64,000 nt of DNA from Candidatus Hodarchaeota archaeon. GTDB lineage: Archaea; Asgardarchaeota; Lokiarchaeia; Sigyniarchaeales; SOKP01. This document shows positions 23,946-33,819 of this stretch, in pieces; the first letter of the stretch is position 1, and every line of letters begins with the position of its first letter. Location: NCBI GenBank assembly GCA_048887225.1, contig JBHLJY010000003.1, positions 168,395 to 232,394 of the forward strand. The letters run 5' to 3'. The notes beneath the pieces were generated by a model. It searched no databases, was not told where the DNA came from, and saw nothing but the letters and a program-made list of their open reading frames with translations. Both the position numbers and the translations under genes were made by a program.

Positions 23946-25874
23946 TTAAATTAAAGATTGTATAAACGATTTAAGAATATTATATTCGTTAATAAATTCG
24001 TAGGATAAAATTAAATTTACAATTTTGCACATATTTGGTGGAAATAATTGCTTCAAATTGTCTACAGTGGCACCATCCTTAAATAAAGACTCATCAATTA
24101 TCAAGTTCGCAGAGTCACCAAGGTTTTCAATAATTTTAGAATTTATTTCATCATCTATTCCTGATTCAGAAGATAAGATAATTGTAGGTTTTCCTAAGTA
24201 AGGAATTAAGTCTAAATTAAAGATTAAAATAGGATTGGGGGCATTTTTTAAACTGGAAGCTAAAAATTGTGTGAGTGTATTGTTTATAGTCATTAATTCG
24301 GATTGACTATGATTTTCTTTTGAGGGATAAATATAATACGCAAACGATTTGTTCAAATTAAATTTTAAATCAGAATAGACTCGATCAAGTATAGGAAAAA
24401 TACTAAAATCATAACTAAATAATGAAACGATTATTGCGTTAAAATTGAAGTCATTCATAAGGATATTATTACTTATGTTACCTCCCGTTAGAGAGAAACT
24501 ATTTACAAATTCATTGATTTTTGATATAAATGTGTTAAATAAATAATAATGCGAATAAACCGGCGATGGTTCCATTCTTGTTCTTATTTCATCTACCATC
24601 TCGTAAATGGTATCAAATAAATCCTTAGCAACTTTATCTTTGATCTCCCTTAAGTTAAATCCTATTATTATTGTATCCGCCGCTTGAGGAGAATCAATTT
24701 CTGCTAATGCGCATATCGCATCTTTATAGAAATTATAAGCTGAATTATTAAAATTATTTTCAGACAAATTTAATTTAGATGATTTTTCAATTACATTAAT
24801 AATTTGATTTAAAACTTTTGAAATCTCTGTTTGACTATTTCTTTTGTGCAATTCTTTAACTATAGTATATAAAATCTTAACTTTTAATAAACCATCACTA
24901 ATAAGAGTACATATTTTAGCAGCAACACTAGGATTTAAATTAATTGTATTGTTAACGATATCAATTATAAGATTTTCTCTTTTCAAAGGATCTTTAATTA
25001 AATAAGCTACTTTTGGAGCTTGTTCTGGATCCCTTTTTACCAAATCGAAAGCTAAATTCATAATTAACGAAAGCTTTTTGTCATTATTCGTAATGTTCTT
25101 TATAACTTCAATAGAGCCATCTAAATTTATAGACGCATAGGCTCTGATTAAATAATGATAAAAACTCGCTTTTTCTTGTTCATTAGACAATTTCAACGCT
25201 GAATTTAGCGATTTTTCTAGGTTTTTATTATAAAGATAGCCTTTTGCCAACTTTTTAGAACAATTGTCAATTTCTTCTAAAAGTCGTTTTTTATTACTCT
25301 CAATTTCTTCAATGCTCATTTCTGTCTCTGATTTCTCTGTTTGAGTCAAAATATTTTGCTTTAATAAGTGAAAAGAGTGATATTCTTTTTTTTTTTTCTC
25401 TAATTCTTTTTCTATTTGAGTTAATTCATCCATTGTTATTGAAATAATAAAATCGTCTATATTGAAACCATCGGCAAATTTAGAGACTTTTAATATAGGT
25501 TGTCTTTCTAAAATTTCGTTAATTTGACTTTTAGGAACCACATTTCTTACTTTTTTTACTTTTACAGTATATTCAACAATTTTCATCCAATTTGCAAACA
25601 TTGACAATTTTCCAAAACCATCAATAGTAGGAATTAACTTAATTTCGAAATTTTTGGTTTCTCCCGGGCCAAATTGGATAGCATCCTTTTTTAATTCGTC
25701 AGGTATTTCAATTTTTAAATTTTCTACTTCAAAAGCAAATTTGAAAAAGGCTTGCTTATTAGTACGATTTATTGCTTCAAAAATTATATTGTTATCATTA
25801 GAAGGAATTAACAAATTCTGTGGAAAGTGTGTTATTTTCAATGAGATCGTTTTTTCTGGGTCCGTAATTTCCAT
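23946..25874 (-). CDS. hypothetical large protein (N-terminal Ig-like/CARDB-like beta domain, helical repeat middle)
   Basis: 642-aa ORF. The N-terminus FKFAFEVENLKIEIPDELKKDAIQFGPGETKNFEIKLIPTIDGFGKL resembles a CARDB-type beta sandwich. The rest is helical. No catalytic motif. Confidence 0.5.
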   Translation of the reverse strand: MEITDPEKTISLKITHFPQNLLIPSNDNNIIFEAINRTNKQAFFKFAFEVENLKIEIPDELKKDAIQFGPGETKNFEIKLIPTIDGFGKLSMFANWMKIVEYTVKVKKVRNVVPKSQINEILERQPILKVSKFADGFNIDDFIISITMDELTQIEKELEKKKKEYHSFHLLKQNILTQTEKSETEMSIEEIESNKKRLLEEIDNCSKKLAKGYLYNKNLEKSLNSALKLSNEQEKASFYHYLIRAYASINLDGSIEVIKNITNNDKKLSLIMNLAFDLVKRDPEQAPKVAYLIKDPLKRENLIIDIVNNTINLNPSVAAKICTLISDGLLKVKILYTIVKELHKRNSQTEISKVLNQIINVIEKSSKLNLSENNFNNSAYNFYKDAICALAEIDSPQAADTIIIGFNLREIKDKVAKDLFDTIYEMVDEIRTRMEPSPVYSHYYLFNTFISKINEFVNSFSLTGGNISNNILMNDFNFNAIIVSLFSYDFSIFPILDRVYSDLKFNLNKSFAYYIYPSKENHSQSELMTINNTLTQFLASSLKNAPNPILIFNLDLIPYLGKPTIILSSESGIDDEINSKIIENLGDSANLIIDESLFKDGATVDNLKQLFPPNMCKIVNLILSYEFINEYNILKSFIQSLI

Positions 25875-26105
25875 CTTAAAACCAAGTATATTCTTTCTAA
25901 TTATCTATATGAAATAATATAATACATAAATTCTTTATTAATAGTAATTACCCAAGAGGCTATAGCAAAATATCTTACTGTCAATAATAATATAAACAAT
26001 GGAATAAGTTTTTTCCACTCAACCATATTCTTTTTAAAAAAGAACTTGATTTTAAATCTTTATGAAAAAAAGATTCTAAAAAAAAGGCAATTCTAGAAAG
26101 AAGAA

Positions 26106-26843
26106 TTATTTTCCCTTCCGCCTATTTCTACTAATATAATCTTTTAAATCTTCTAACAGTAATTCTTCGTTATATTCAGGCCAAAATTCGTTTCTAAATT
26201 TAAATTCTGCATATGAAGCATCCCATAAAAGAAAGCCAGAAATTCTAGCACCATCTTCCATTCCAGTGCGAATTATTAAGTCCACTTCAGGAAATTTGTT
26301 TGTATATAAATAGTCTTTAATAATTTTACGATCAATATTATTTGGATTAATATTATCTTTAATTATATTTTTTACTGCATCGCAAATCTCAGCTTGCCCA
26401 TCGTACATTATTAAAACATTCACGAAGGCACCATCAAAATCTTTCGTATATTCGATTAACTCGTCGATTTTATCACGCACATCTTGCGGCAATAACTCTA
26501 ATCTGCCAAGTACATTGAATTTAACTTTTTCTTCGGTAACAATCGGTTCGTTTCTTACTGTTTCTACAGCCAATTTTATTATCTTATATATATATTTTAA
26601 CTCATCTTTGGGTCGCTTTAAAGCATTTTCGAGAGATAGAGCATATAAAGTAAGATATTTAATTCCTGCTTCAAAGCAAGCTAACAAAATCTTCTTTACT
26701 ACTTCGTATCCCCTATAATGTCCTACATTTCTATGGACATTATTTATTCGTGCCCAACGACGGTTGCCATCTGGAATTAAGCCAATATGTTTTGGAATTT
26801 TATCATTCGGCAATTTCTGCAATTCTGTAAGTTCAGTTTCCAA
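26106..26843 (-). CDS. uppS: cis-prenyltransferase (undecaprenyl/di-trans,poly-cis polyprenyl diphosphate synthase)
   Basis: 245-aa ORF with HIGLIPDGNRRWA, LTLYALSLEN, IRTGME-type motifs and the C-terminus RNRRKGK. Confidence 0.85.
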   Translation of the reverse strand: METELTELQKLPNDKIPKHIGLIPDGNRRWARINNVHRNVGHYRGYEVVKKILLACFEAGIKYLTLYALSLENALKRPKDELKYIYKIIKLAVETVRNEPIVTEEKVKFNVLGRLELLPQDVRDKIDELIEYTKDFDGAFVNVLIMYDGQAEICDAVKNIIKDNINPNNIDRKIIKDYLYTNKFPEVDLIIRTGMEDGARISGFLLWDASYAEFKFRNEFWPEYNEELLLEDLKDYISRNRRKGK

Positions 26844-27266
26844 TTAATCTAACACCTATCAGTAAAAATATAAGTTTATAAAAAAATTTTGCGAATTTTT
26901 TTAACCCACGGGATACAGATTTTAACTTTAGTTTTAAGATCTATAATAATATTAAATGATATAAATAATACATTTAATAAAATAAATATGTATTTATTTT
27001 TAGGAAAACAAGAAATTATCAATAAAAAGACCTCTCTCTTTGAAAAAAAATCTCTCTTCTAATAGGAGAGCTGAAAAGTTCATTAAAAAATAGTTATATA
27101 AAGGATCAAAAATATTTATTAAAAAATTCAAATATTTTTAATAAAATAAAAAATTCTAATTAATCTTAACTTTTAATGTTAAAAAAGGGAAAAAATTAAT
27201 TTGCGCAATTACTTATATAAATTTATTTAAATAGTCTTGAACAAATAAAGAAAAAATGATGATCCA

Positions 27267-28904
27267 TTGATCTCTAATGAATACTTATTTACAAATATCG
27301 GTATTGATTCTGTAGGCTTCCATGCCCCGAGATATTATGTTGATTTAGAAGAGCTAGCCGTGAAGCGTCAAATCGATCCAGACAAGTTTAAAAAAGGTTT
27401 AATGTTAAGAGAAATGCGTTTTCCGGAAGTGGATGAAGATATTATATCCTTGGGCCTTAAGGCAGGTTATAATGCTTTGGCAAGAGGAAATATTTCTCCA
27501 AAAGACATTGATGCTGTTTTTGTCGGAACAGAAACAATGACCTATGCTGCAAAGTCGGTATCTAATATTTTTACTGAATTACTTGGCGTTTCGCCAAATT
27601 CAATGACACAAGATGTCTATAATACGTGTGCTGCCGGGACTCTTGCAATGCTAAACGCGATTTCTTTAATAGAAAAAGATATCATAAATAAAGCGCTGGT
27701 TATAAATGCTGATATTTCTTCATATGAATTAGGTAGTTTGGGCGAACCTACCCAAGGTTCGGGAGCGACAGCATTCGTTATTTCAAAAAATCCTCGAGTG
27801 GCCGCATTTAGTAAAAAATTTGGCAAGGTTTCTGGTAATGTTAATGATTTTTTTAGACCAGTAAACGAAATTAATGCGCAGGTGCCAAATGGTCAATATT
27901 CTGTTGATACTTATTTAAATTTCCAGTTAAGAGCTTACGATGATCTTATTAATAATGTAGGTGATTTTCATGCTGATTATTACACTTTTCATGCACCTTA
28001 TTCTAAATTACCAATAAAGTGTATGCAACAAATAATACTTAAAAGATGGGTAAAACATATTAACAATCTTCCAAAATTAGATGTAGATGAAATTAAGAGC
28101 TCACTTTTGAAAAAAATTGATAATTTTCTACATGATGTTTCTGTACTTCCAGGATATATATATTTGAAATTAAAAGAGAAAGGATACTCATCCTCTAGAT
28201 TAGAGAATTGGGCACATTGGGTAAATACTAATGTTAAAGCAAAATTACTTCCTCAATTAAGAGTACCTATGCATTTTGGAAACATGTATTCTGCTGCTTT
28301 ATGGGCCCAAATTATTTATATCCTTGAGAACCATGCTCGAGTAAGTGATACGATTTATTTTGGCTCATACGGTTCCGGTGCGACTTGTATATCAGGATTA
28401 TTAAAAGTAAGGCGAAAATTTAAATCTGTAGTAGAAAATGGACCAAAAATAGTAGATTATATTAATTATAAGCAAAGAAAAAGTGTCACAGAATACGAAC
28501 TAATAAAGTATGGCGTTCTAAAACCTCAAATCCATATTGGACGCGTGATTGAACATAAGTTAAATGAAAATAGATGTTTTACACTTCATTTTTGTAATAA
28601 GGGTTGTATTATCCCAAATATACCCGGATTAAATTATTGTCCTAATGGGCATTCTGGTTATCATAAAATGGTATTCCCACTCTATGCTGTTTTAAAGTCT
28701 AAACCACTATTAAATCCTAACATTAATGATCTTACCTATCTAAGAAAGGGATTAGTAAGAGTTTCACCAGAAGCGAGTATAGGGAATTCTTTAGAGTATG
28801 AATTGAGACGTGTGGTAATTGACGATGAGAATGCTCATAAAGCACTTAGTTCATTAAATTGGTCCCCTATGTATGTTCCGGTTCACAACATTTATTATAT
28901 TTAA
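27267..28904 (+). CDS. mvaS: hydroxymethylglutaryl-CoA synthase (MvaS-like) with insertions and a Cys-rich C-terminal extension
   Basis: 545-aa ORF with a TTG start. Motifs: IGIDSVGFHAPRYYVDLEELA, VGTETMTYAAKS (Glu), YNTCAAG (Cys), GEPTQGSGA, FHAPYSKL (His), GNMYSAAL, GSYGSGA. Confidence 0.8.
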   Translation: MISNEYLFTNIGIDSVGFHAPRYYVDLEELAVKRQIDPDKFKKGLMLREMRFPEVDEDIISLGLKAGYNALARGNISPKDIDAVFVGTETMTYAAKSVSNIFTELLGVSPNSMTQDVYNTCAAGTLAMLNAISLIEKDIINKALVINADISSYELGSLGEPTQGSGATAFVISKNPRVAAFSKKFGKVSGNVNDFFRPVNEINAQVPNGQYSVDTYLNFQLRAYDDLINNVGDFHADYYTFHAPYSKLPIKCMQQIILKRWVKHINNLPKLDVDEIKSSLLKKIDNFLHDVSVLPGYIYLKLKEKGYSSSRLENWAHWVNTNVKAKLLPQLRVPMHFGNMYSAALWAQIIYILENHARVSDTIYFGSYGSGATCISGLLKVRRKFKSVVENGPKIVDYINYKQRKSVTEYELIKYGVLKPQIHIGRVIEHKLNENRCFTLHFCNKGCIIPNIPGLNYCPNGHSGYHKMVFPLYAVLKSKPLLNPNINDLTYLRKGLVRVSPEASIGNSLEYELRRVVIDDENAHKALSSLNWSPMYVPVHNIYYI

Positions 28905-29125
28905 ATCAAAATAACATACTTTAGATTTTATTTGAAAATTTTCTAAAATTAAAACAAAATCCATTTTAATTTGGATAAATTTATAAAATCTTAAATAAAT
29001 CTTTATCATTTAGAAAAATTATTTGAGTTGAAAAGTGGATTTCTGGTTTTAAAATAGAAGATGAAATCTCATATGATGAATTTGGTCCTGAAAAGATCAT
29101 TATTTTAAGCGATCCTAAAGTAAAT

Positions 29126-30220
29126 ATGAAGGGCTTTTTAGTAATTGATAATTCTGCTTATGGAGTTCCAGCAGGAGGTATAAGATTTGCTCAAAACCTC
29201 ACTTTAAGCGAGATGACAAGATTAGCTCGTGCAATGTCTTTAAAATTTTCCTCCTATGGATTTCCAACGGGGGGTGCGAAATCGGGCTTAATTGGAAACC
29301 CGTTTGATAATAATCGTGATTTATTAATAACAAGCTTTGCTCTCTCACTAGCTCCATTTATTAAAGAAAAAATTTATTATCCTGGACCAGATATGGGCAC
29401 ATATGATTCGGATTTGGAAAGAATATTTAAAATTGCCGGTACGCCAGAGCTAGTTCCTCGGAAAATTGGATTAATGAAAGACGATATTCCGATTGAAGAA
29501 TTATTTACTGGATACGGGGTAGTTAATTGTCTAAAGACTGTCCTTCAATATAAAAAACCTAAAAATAATAAGCTAAAAATAATTTTAGAAGGCTTTGGTA
29601 AAGTTGGAACCAGTATTGCACTTTACTTAAGGGAATCAAATTACAAATTAACTGGAGTTTCAACAATAAAAGGTGCCATATACGATGACGATGGGCTCAA
29701 TATAGATCAATTATTAAGATTAAAGAATGAATTTGGAGGAGACGAATTAATTAATCATTATGAAAGTAAAAATGTAATTAAAATTCTAAAAGAAAAATTA
29801 TTTGAATTATCTTCAGATTATCCAACAGACGTCATAATCCCTGGAGCAAGACCAGATGTTATTAATAAAGATAATATTGATAAAATAAAAGCAAAATGGA
29901 TAATTCCTGCCGCTAACATACCATATCAAAAAGGTGTAATAGATATATTAGAAGAAAAAGGGATTGTCTGTTTTCCTGATTTTGTGTCCAATGCTGGAGA
30001 AATCTTAGCTATAGCTGTAATTAATAACCCAATAGGCGAAGCAGAGATTTTTAACTATATTAAAACGAAAATTTCAGAAAAAACTTTGGAAATATTGAAT
30101 GGCGCAAATGAACAAAAAATACCTCCTTTTCATTTTGCTGAAAACAAGGCTCTAAATGCTTTGAGAAAAAAAATAATAAAAATTAAAAGAAAAATTGAAA
30201 GAATAAATAGAAAATTTTAA
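29126..30220 (+). CDS. Glu/Leu/Phe/Val dehydrogenase-family amino-acid dehydrogenase
   Basis: 364-aa ORF with GGIRF, PTGGAKSG (catalytic Lys) and the Rossmann motif EGFGKVGTS. The conserved N-terminal segment (DEFGPEKIIILSDP) lies upstream of the first ATG, within the open frame from 29027. Confidence 0.7.
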   Translation: MKGFLVIDNSAYGVPAGGIRFAQNLTLSEMTRLARAMSLKFSSYGFPTGGAKSGLIGNPFDNNRDLLITSFALSLAPFIKEKIYYPGPDMGTYDSDLERIFKIAGTPELVPRKIGLMKDDIPIEELFTGYGVVNCLKTVLQYKKPKNNKLKIILEGFGKVGTSIALYLRESNYKLTGVSTIKGAIYDDDGLNIDQLLRLKNEFGGDELINHYESKNVIKILKEKLFELSSDYPTDVIIPGARPDVINKDNIDKIKAKWIIPAANIPYQKGVIDILEEKGIVCFPDFVSNAGEILAIAVINNPIGEAEIFNYIKTKISEKTLEILNGANEQKIPPFHFAENKALNALRKKIIKIKRKIERINRKF

Positions 30221-30224
30221 ATTT

Positions 30225-31514
30225 GTGGGTTTAATGGGTAAAATCAATTCAGAAATTTCTGGTTTCTATAAATTGTCTATTGAAGAACGTCATAAGATTT
30301 TATCCAACCTTTTTGATTTAACTCAAGAAGAAATAAAATTATTACGTAATTTTGGTTATTTTACCCAAACTCAGCTGGATACATTGATAGAAAATGTAGT
30401 TGGAAGTTTTCAATTACCAATGGGTATAGCATGCAATTTTAAAGTAAATCATAAAGATTATTTTATCCCTATGGTAATAGAAGAACCTTCTGTCGTTGCC
30501 GCTGCTTCAAATGCAGCTAAATTCGCTAGAAAACATGGTGGTTTCCATTCTGGAAAAATTAAATCAGTTATGATTTCTCAAATTCAAATTACTCAATTAG
30601 AAGATATAAATGCCGCTAAAGAAAAATTAATAGAGCATAAAGAAAAAATCTTAAATATTGCTAATAATCAAGATCCAATCTTAAAAAAATTAGGCGGTGG
30701 AGCATTTGATTTTGAATTTAGAGAATTGGATACAAAAAAGGGAAAGATGCTAATTCTCCACTTATTAGTCGATGTTTTAGATGCTATGGGAGCTAATTTA
30801 GTTAATACTATGGCAGAAGCAGTAAGTCCTTATATTGAAGAATTATGTGGTGGAAAAATCTATCTTCGAATTGTATCTAATTTAGCAGCCAAGCGCATTG
30901 CGAGGAGTAAAGCTGTTTTTGATAAGGAATTATTAGGCGGAGAAGAAGTGGTTGAAGGCATTTTAAATGCTTATGAATTTGCCTTAGAAGATCCCTTTAG
31001 AGCAACTACTCATAATAAAGGAATAATGAATGGGATTATCGCATTAACTTTAGCTACTGGTAATGATGCACGCGCTATTGAAGCAGGTGCTCATGCCTAT
31101 GCTTCTTTAAGTGGAAAATATAAACCTTTAACTAAGTTTGATGTTGATAAAGAAGGAAATTTAATTGGAGAAATAGAAATTCCACTAGCGCTGGGAATAA
31201 TTGGAGGAATGACGAAGGTCCATCCAATGGCACGATTAACTCTAAAGATTTTAAATGTTGAAAGTGCTGAAGAGTTGTCTCAAGTTGCTGCCGCTGTTGG
31301 TCTAGCCCAAAATGTTGCTGCCTTAAGAGCATTATCTGCTGAAGGTATACAGAAAGGTCATATGGCACTTCACTCACGAAATATCGCTAAAATAGCTGGA
31401 GTACCTGACAATTTAATAGAAGAAGTTGCTAAAAAATTAGTTGAAGATAAAAAAATTCGCATAGATTACGCCAAAGAGATTTTAAATAATCTTTCAAAAA
31501 AGAATCAAAAATAA
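30225..31514 (+). CDS. mvaA: class II HMG-CoA reductase
   Basis: 429-aa ORF with SGFYKLSIEERHKIL, EEPSVVAAAS, DAMGANLVNT, ATTHNKGIMNGI, ATGNDARAIEAGAHAYA and VGLAQNVAALRALSAEGIQKGHMALH. It matches the bacterial-type MvaA pattern closely. Confidence 0.9.
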   Translation: MGLMGKINSEISGFYKLSIEERHKILSNLFDLTQEEIKLLRNFGYFTQTQLDTLIENVVGSFQLPMGIACNFKVNHKDYFIPMVIEEPSVVAAASNAAKFARKHGGFHSGKIKSVMISQIQITQLEDINAAKEKLIEHKEKILNIANNQDPILKKLGGGAFDFEFRELDTKKGKMLILHLLVDVLDAMGANLVNTMAEAVSPYIEELCGGKIYLRIVSNLAAKRIARSKAVFDKELLGGEEVVEGILNAYEFALEDPFRATTHNKGIMNGIIALTLATGNDARAIEAGAHAYASLSGKYKPLTKFDVDKEGNLIGEIEIPLALGIIGGMTKVHPMARLTLKILNVESAEELSQVAAAVGLAQNVAALRALSAEGIQKGHMALHSRNIAKIAGVPDNLIEEVAKKLVEDKKIRIDYAKEILNNLSKKNQK

Positions 31515-31526
31515 TGTATTATCCAA

Positions 31527-32078
31527 TTATATTTCTCCCCATCTCTTTATTCCAATATCTATCCCAATTTGATCAAGTATCCTCCCAACAGTATAATTAA
31601 CTAATTCATCTACGCTTTCTGGCTTTGTATAATAAGAGGGGATTGGCGGAGCAATAATAACTCCTAGTTTTGCGAGTTTAAGCATATTTCCAAGATGTAT
31701 TACACTTAAAGGGCTCTCTCTCACAATAAGTATAAGTTTTCTTTTTTCTTTTATCGTCACATCTGCAGCCCTTGTAATTAAGTTATCTGCATAACCATTT
31801 GCGATGGCAGCTAAAGTTTTCATTGTACAGGGGACAATAACCATAGCATCAATTTTATGTGAACCACTTGCAGGAGGGGCAGCTAAATCATCAGCTTCAT
31901 AATATTTTGTGGAAAATTGATGTAAATCCGCAATCTTATATTCCGTCTCAGCTTCAATCACTTTCTCTGCAGCTTTAGATATAATAAGTTCGGTATTAGT
32001 TCCCTTATCTTTTAGAATTTTAAGTAATTTAACTGCTATTATGATTCCTGATGCACCCGTAATCGCAATTATTATCAA
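31527..32078 (-). CDS. ubiX: flavin prenyltransferase UbiX (prenyl-FMN synthase)
   Basis: 183-aa ORF with a TTG start preceded by GGTGA. Motifs: IAITGASGIIIAVKLL, MVIVPCTMKTLAAIANGYADNLITRAADV, RESPL. Confidence 0.85.
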   Translation of the reverse strand: MIIIAITGASGIIIAVKLLKILKDKGTNTELIISKAAEKVIEAETEYKIADLHQFSTKYYEADDLAAPPASGSHKIDAMVIVPCTMKTLAAIANGYADNLITRAADVTIKEKRKLILIVRESPLSVIHLGNMLKLAKLGVIIAPPIPSYYTKPESVDELVNYTVGRILDQIGIDIGIKRWGEI

Positions 32079-32162
32079 ATTGAATCACCGATGTTAATAC
32101 TATAATTTCGAAAAGATTTTTTATTTTCATTTATGTCTTTTTTTTTTTACGGTGCGACTCAA

Positions 32163-32189
32163 CAAACCTACCTTCTATTATTAGGTTTG
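32163..32189. other. 8-bp-stem hairpin/inverted repeat CAAACCTA-(11 nt)-TAGGTTTG in the ubiX / UbiD-like divergent intergenic region
   Basis: Read directly from the sequence. It lies in a locally GC-richer patch of a 429-nt divergent promoter region. A direct repeat TTTACGGT is also present at ~32147 and ~32217. Confidence 0.25.
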
Positions 32190-32507
32190 GAAACTATGGC
32201 TTGTTGTCATCAAATCTTTACGGTCTTTGGCGCTAGTGCCAATTTATTTTTATTGATACTTTCCTTGATTATTTTTATTAGATTAGCAGAATAGATCTAC
32301 TATTAATCACTATAATCAATATTCTTTATTAAAATCTATTATTATAATAAGATAATTCTGCTTGAGAATAATTAAAATTAGATTTTACAAGCATTATTTA
32401 AATTAATGGATTAATTGATATTATTCAGAATCTTTCTAATAATCGTATCATTTTCATAATAATAGCTAAAAAAAAAATTAAAGAAATAAATTTTTGAGAT
32501 AGCATTT

Positions 32508-33809
32508 ATGGGATTTAGAGAATATTTAGAAAAAATTGATAAGAAAGGACTTCTTCGAAAGGTAAACGTTGAAGTTTCGAAGATATTAGAGATCTCTGGT
32601 ATTTTAAAGGAGAGTGAACCAACCCCCGTAATGTTCAATAATGTTAAAGAATCCGAATTCCGATTGGTTGGCAATGTATTCTGTACTAAGAATGTAATTG
32701 CTTCATATTTTGGTGTGAATCCCACAGATCTCATACCAATGCTTTCTAGTGCAATTGCACAACGCTCAGAACCAGAAGTCATATCAGACGCTCCTTGTCA
32801 AGAAATAATAGAATCAAGCGTAGATTTAGAGAAATTACCAATTTTGTTTCATTGCGAAAAGGATGGCGGAAATTATATTAGTTCCGCGGTTGTTATCACT
32901 AGGGATCCTGATTATGGACAAAACATGGATTTTCATAGAGCTATGCAGTTTTCCAAAGAAAAGTTTGCTACTCGAATAGTTAGAGGACGTCATTTTCATA
33001 AATTTTTAGAAAAAAATGGTGAACTAGATGTTGCTTTTTGTATAGGGAATACCCCTAACGTTCTAATTGCGGGAGCAACTTCTGTGGATATTGGAGTTGA
33101 TGAATTATATATTGCAAATGCTTTAGAGCCAATTAAAGTTGTTAAAGCAAATTCAGTTGATCTCTTAATTCCTGCAGAAGCCGAATTTATCTTAGAAGGA
33201 CGGGTCTATATGGAAGAAAAACATGCTGAGGGTCCTTTTGTCGATTTAACAGAAACATATGATATTGTAAGAGAAGAACCTGTTTTTGAAGTCAAAAGAA
33301 TCACTCATAGAAAGGATGCAATTTGGCAAGCTTTATTACCTGGTGCGCTTGAGCATAAAATATTGATGGGAATGCCACGAGAACCAACCATTTTCAATAA
33401 AGTGAATGAAGCGGGAGTTCAATGCTTAGATGTCAATATAAATCCCGGAGGTTGCTCATGGTTGCATGCAATTGTACAAATTGATAAAAAATCAGAAGAA
33501 GATGGTGAAAAAGCTATTAATGGTGTTTTTGCTGGCCATAGTAGTTGTAAACACGTGTTTATTGTAGATAAGGATATTGATATTTATGACCCATTATCTG
33601 TGGAATGGGCTATGGCAACTCGATTTCAAGGTGATGTCAGAATGGTTATTAAAGATAAAGAACCGGGAAGCAGTTTAGATCCTAGCGCAGAGCCGGGAAC
33701 AAAAATGACAACTAAAATTGGATTTGATTTAACAAAACCACTCATAGCTAAAGCAAAGAGCTTTGATAAATCGGATTTCCCAAAAGTAGACATGAACAAA
33801 TATTTTTAA
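32508..33809 (+). CDS. UbiD-family decarboxylase, likely trans-anhydromevalonate 5-phosphate decarboxylase
   Basis: 433-aa ORF of UbiD-like length and pattern. The specific function is inferred from its neighbours: divergent ubiX and the aconitase-X subunits immediately downstream. Confidence 0.7.
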   Translation: MGFREYLEKIDKKGLLRKVNVEVSKILEISGILKESEPTPVMFNNVKESEFRLVGNVFCTKNVIASYFGVNPTDLIPMLSSAIAQRSEPEVISDAPCQEIIESSVDLEKLPILFHCEKDGGNYISSAVVITRDPDYGQNMDFHRAMQFSKEKFATRIVRGRHFHKFLEKNGELDVAFCIGNTPNVLIAGATSVDIGVDELYIANALEPIKVVKANSVDLLIPAEAEFILEGRVYMEEKHAEGPFVDLTETYDIVREEPVFEVKRITHRKDAIWQALLPGALEHKILMGMPREPTIFNKVNEAGVQCLDVNINPGGCSWLHAIVQIDKKSEEDGEKAINGVFAGHSSCKHVFIVDKDIDIYDPLSVEWAMATRFQGDVRMVIKDKEPGSSLDPSAEPGTKMTTKIGFDLTKPLIAKAKSFDKSDFPKVDMNKYF

Positions 33810-33819
33810 TATATAAGAG

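Noticed and set aside
25901-26026. 41-aa hydrophobic minus-strand ORF between uppS and the 642-aa gene
   Set aside because: It is too short and compositionally trivial to support without conservation data.
26844-27266. AT-only inverted repeats (AAAAATATTT...AAATATTTTT; ATACAT...ATGTAT) and the TCTCTCTT direct repeat in the uppS/HMGCS divergent spacer
   Set aside because: Such palindromes are expected by chance in near-pure A/T sequence. There is no independent support, so none is reported as a feature.
32411-32782. 123-aa minus-strand ORF overlapping the start of the UbiD-like gene
   Set aside because: It overlaps a gene with clear family features and has no motif of its own. It is most likely a chance open frame.
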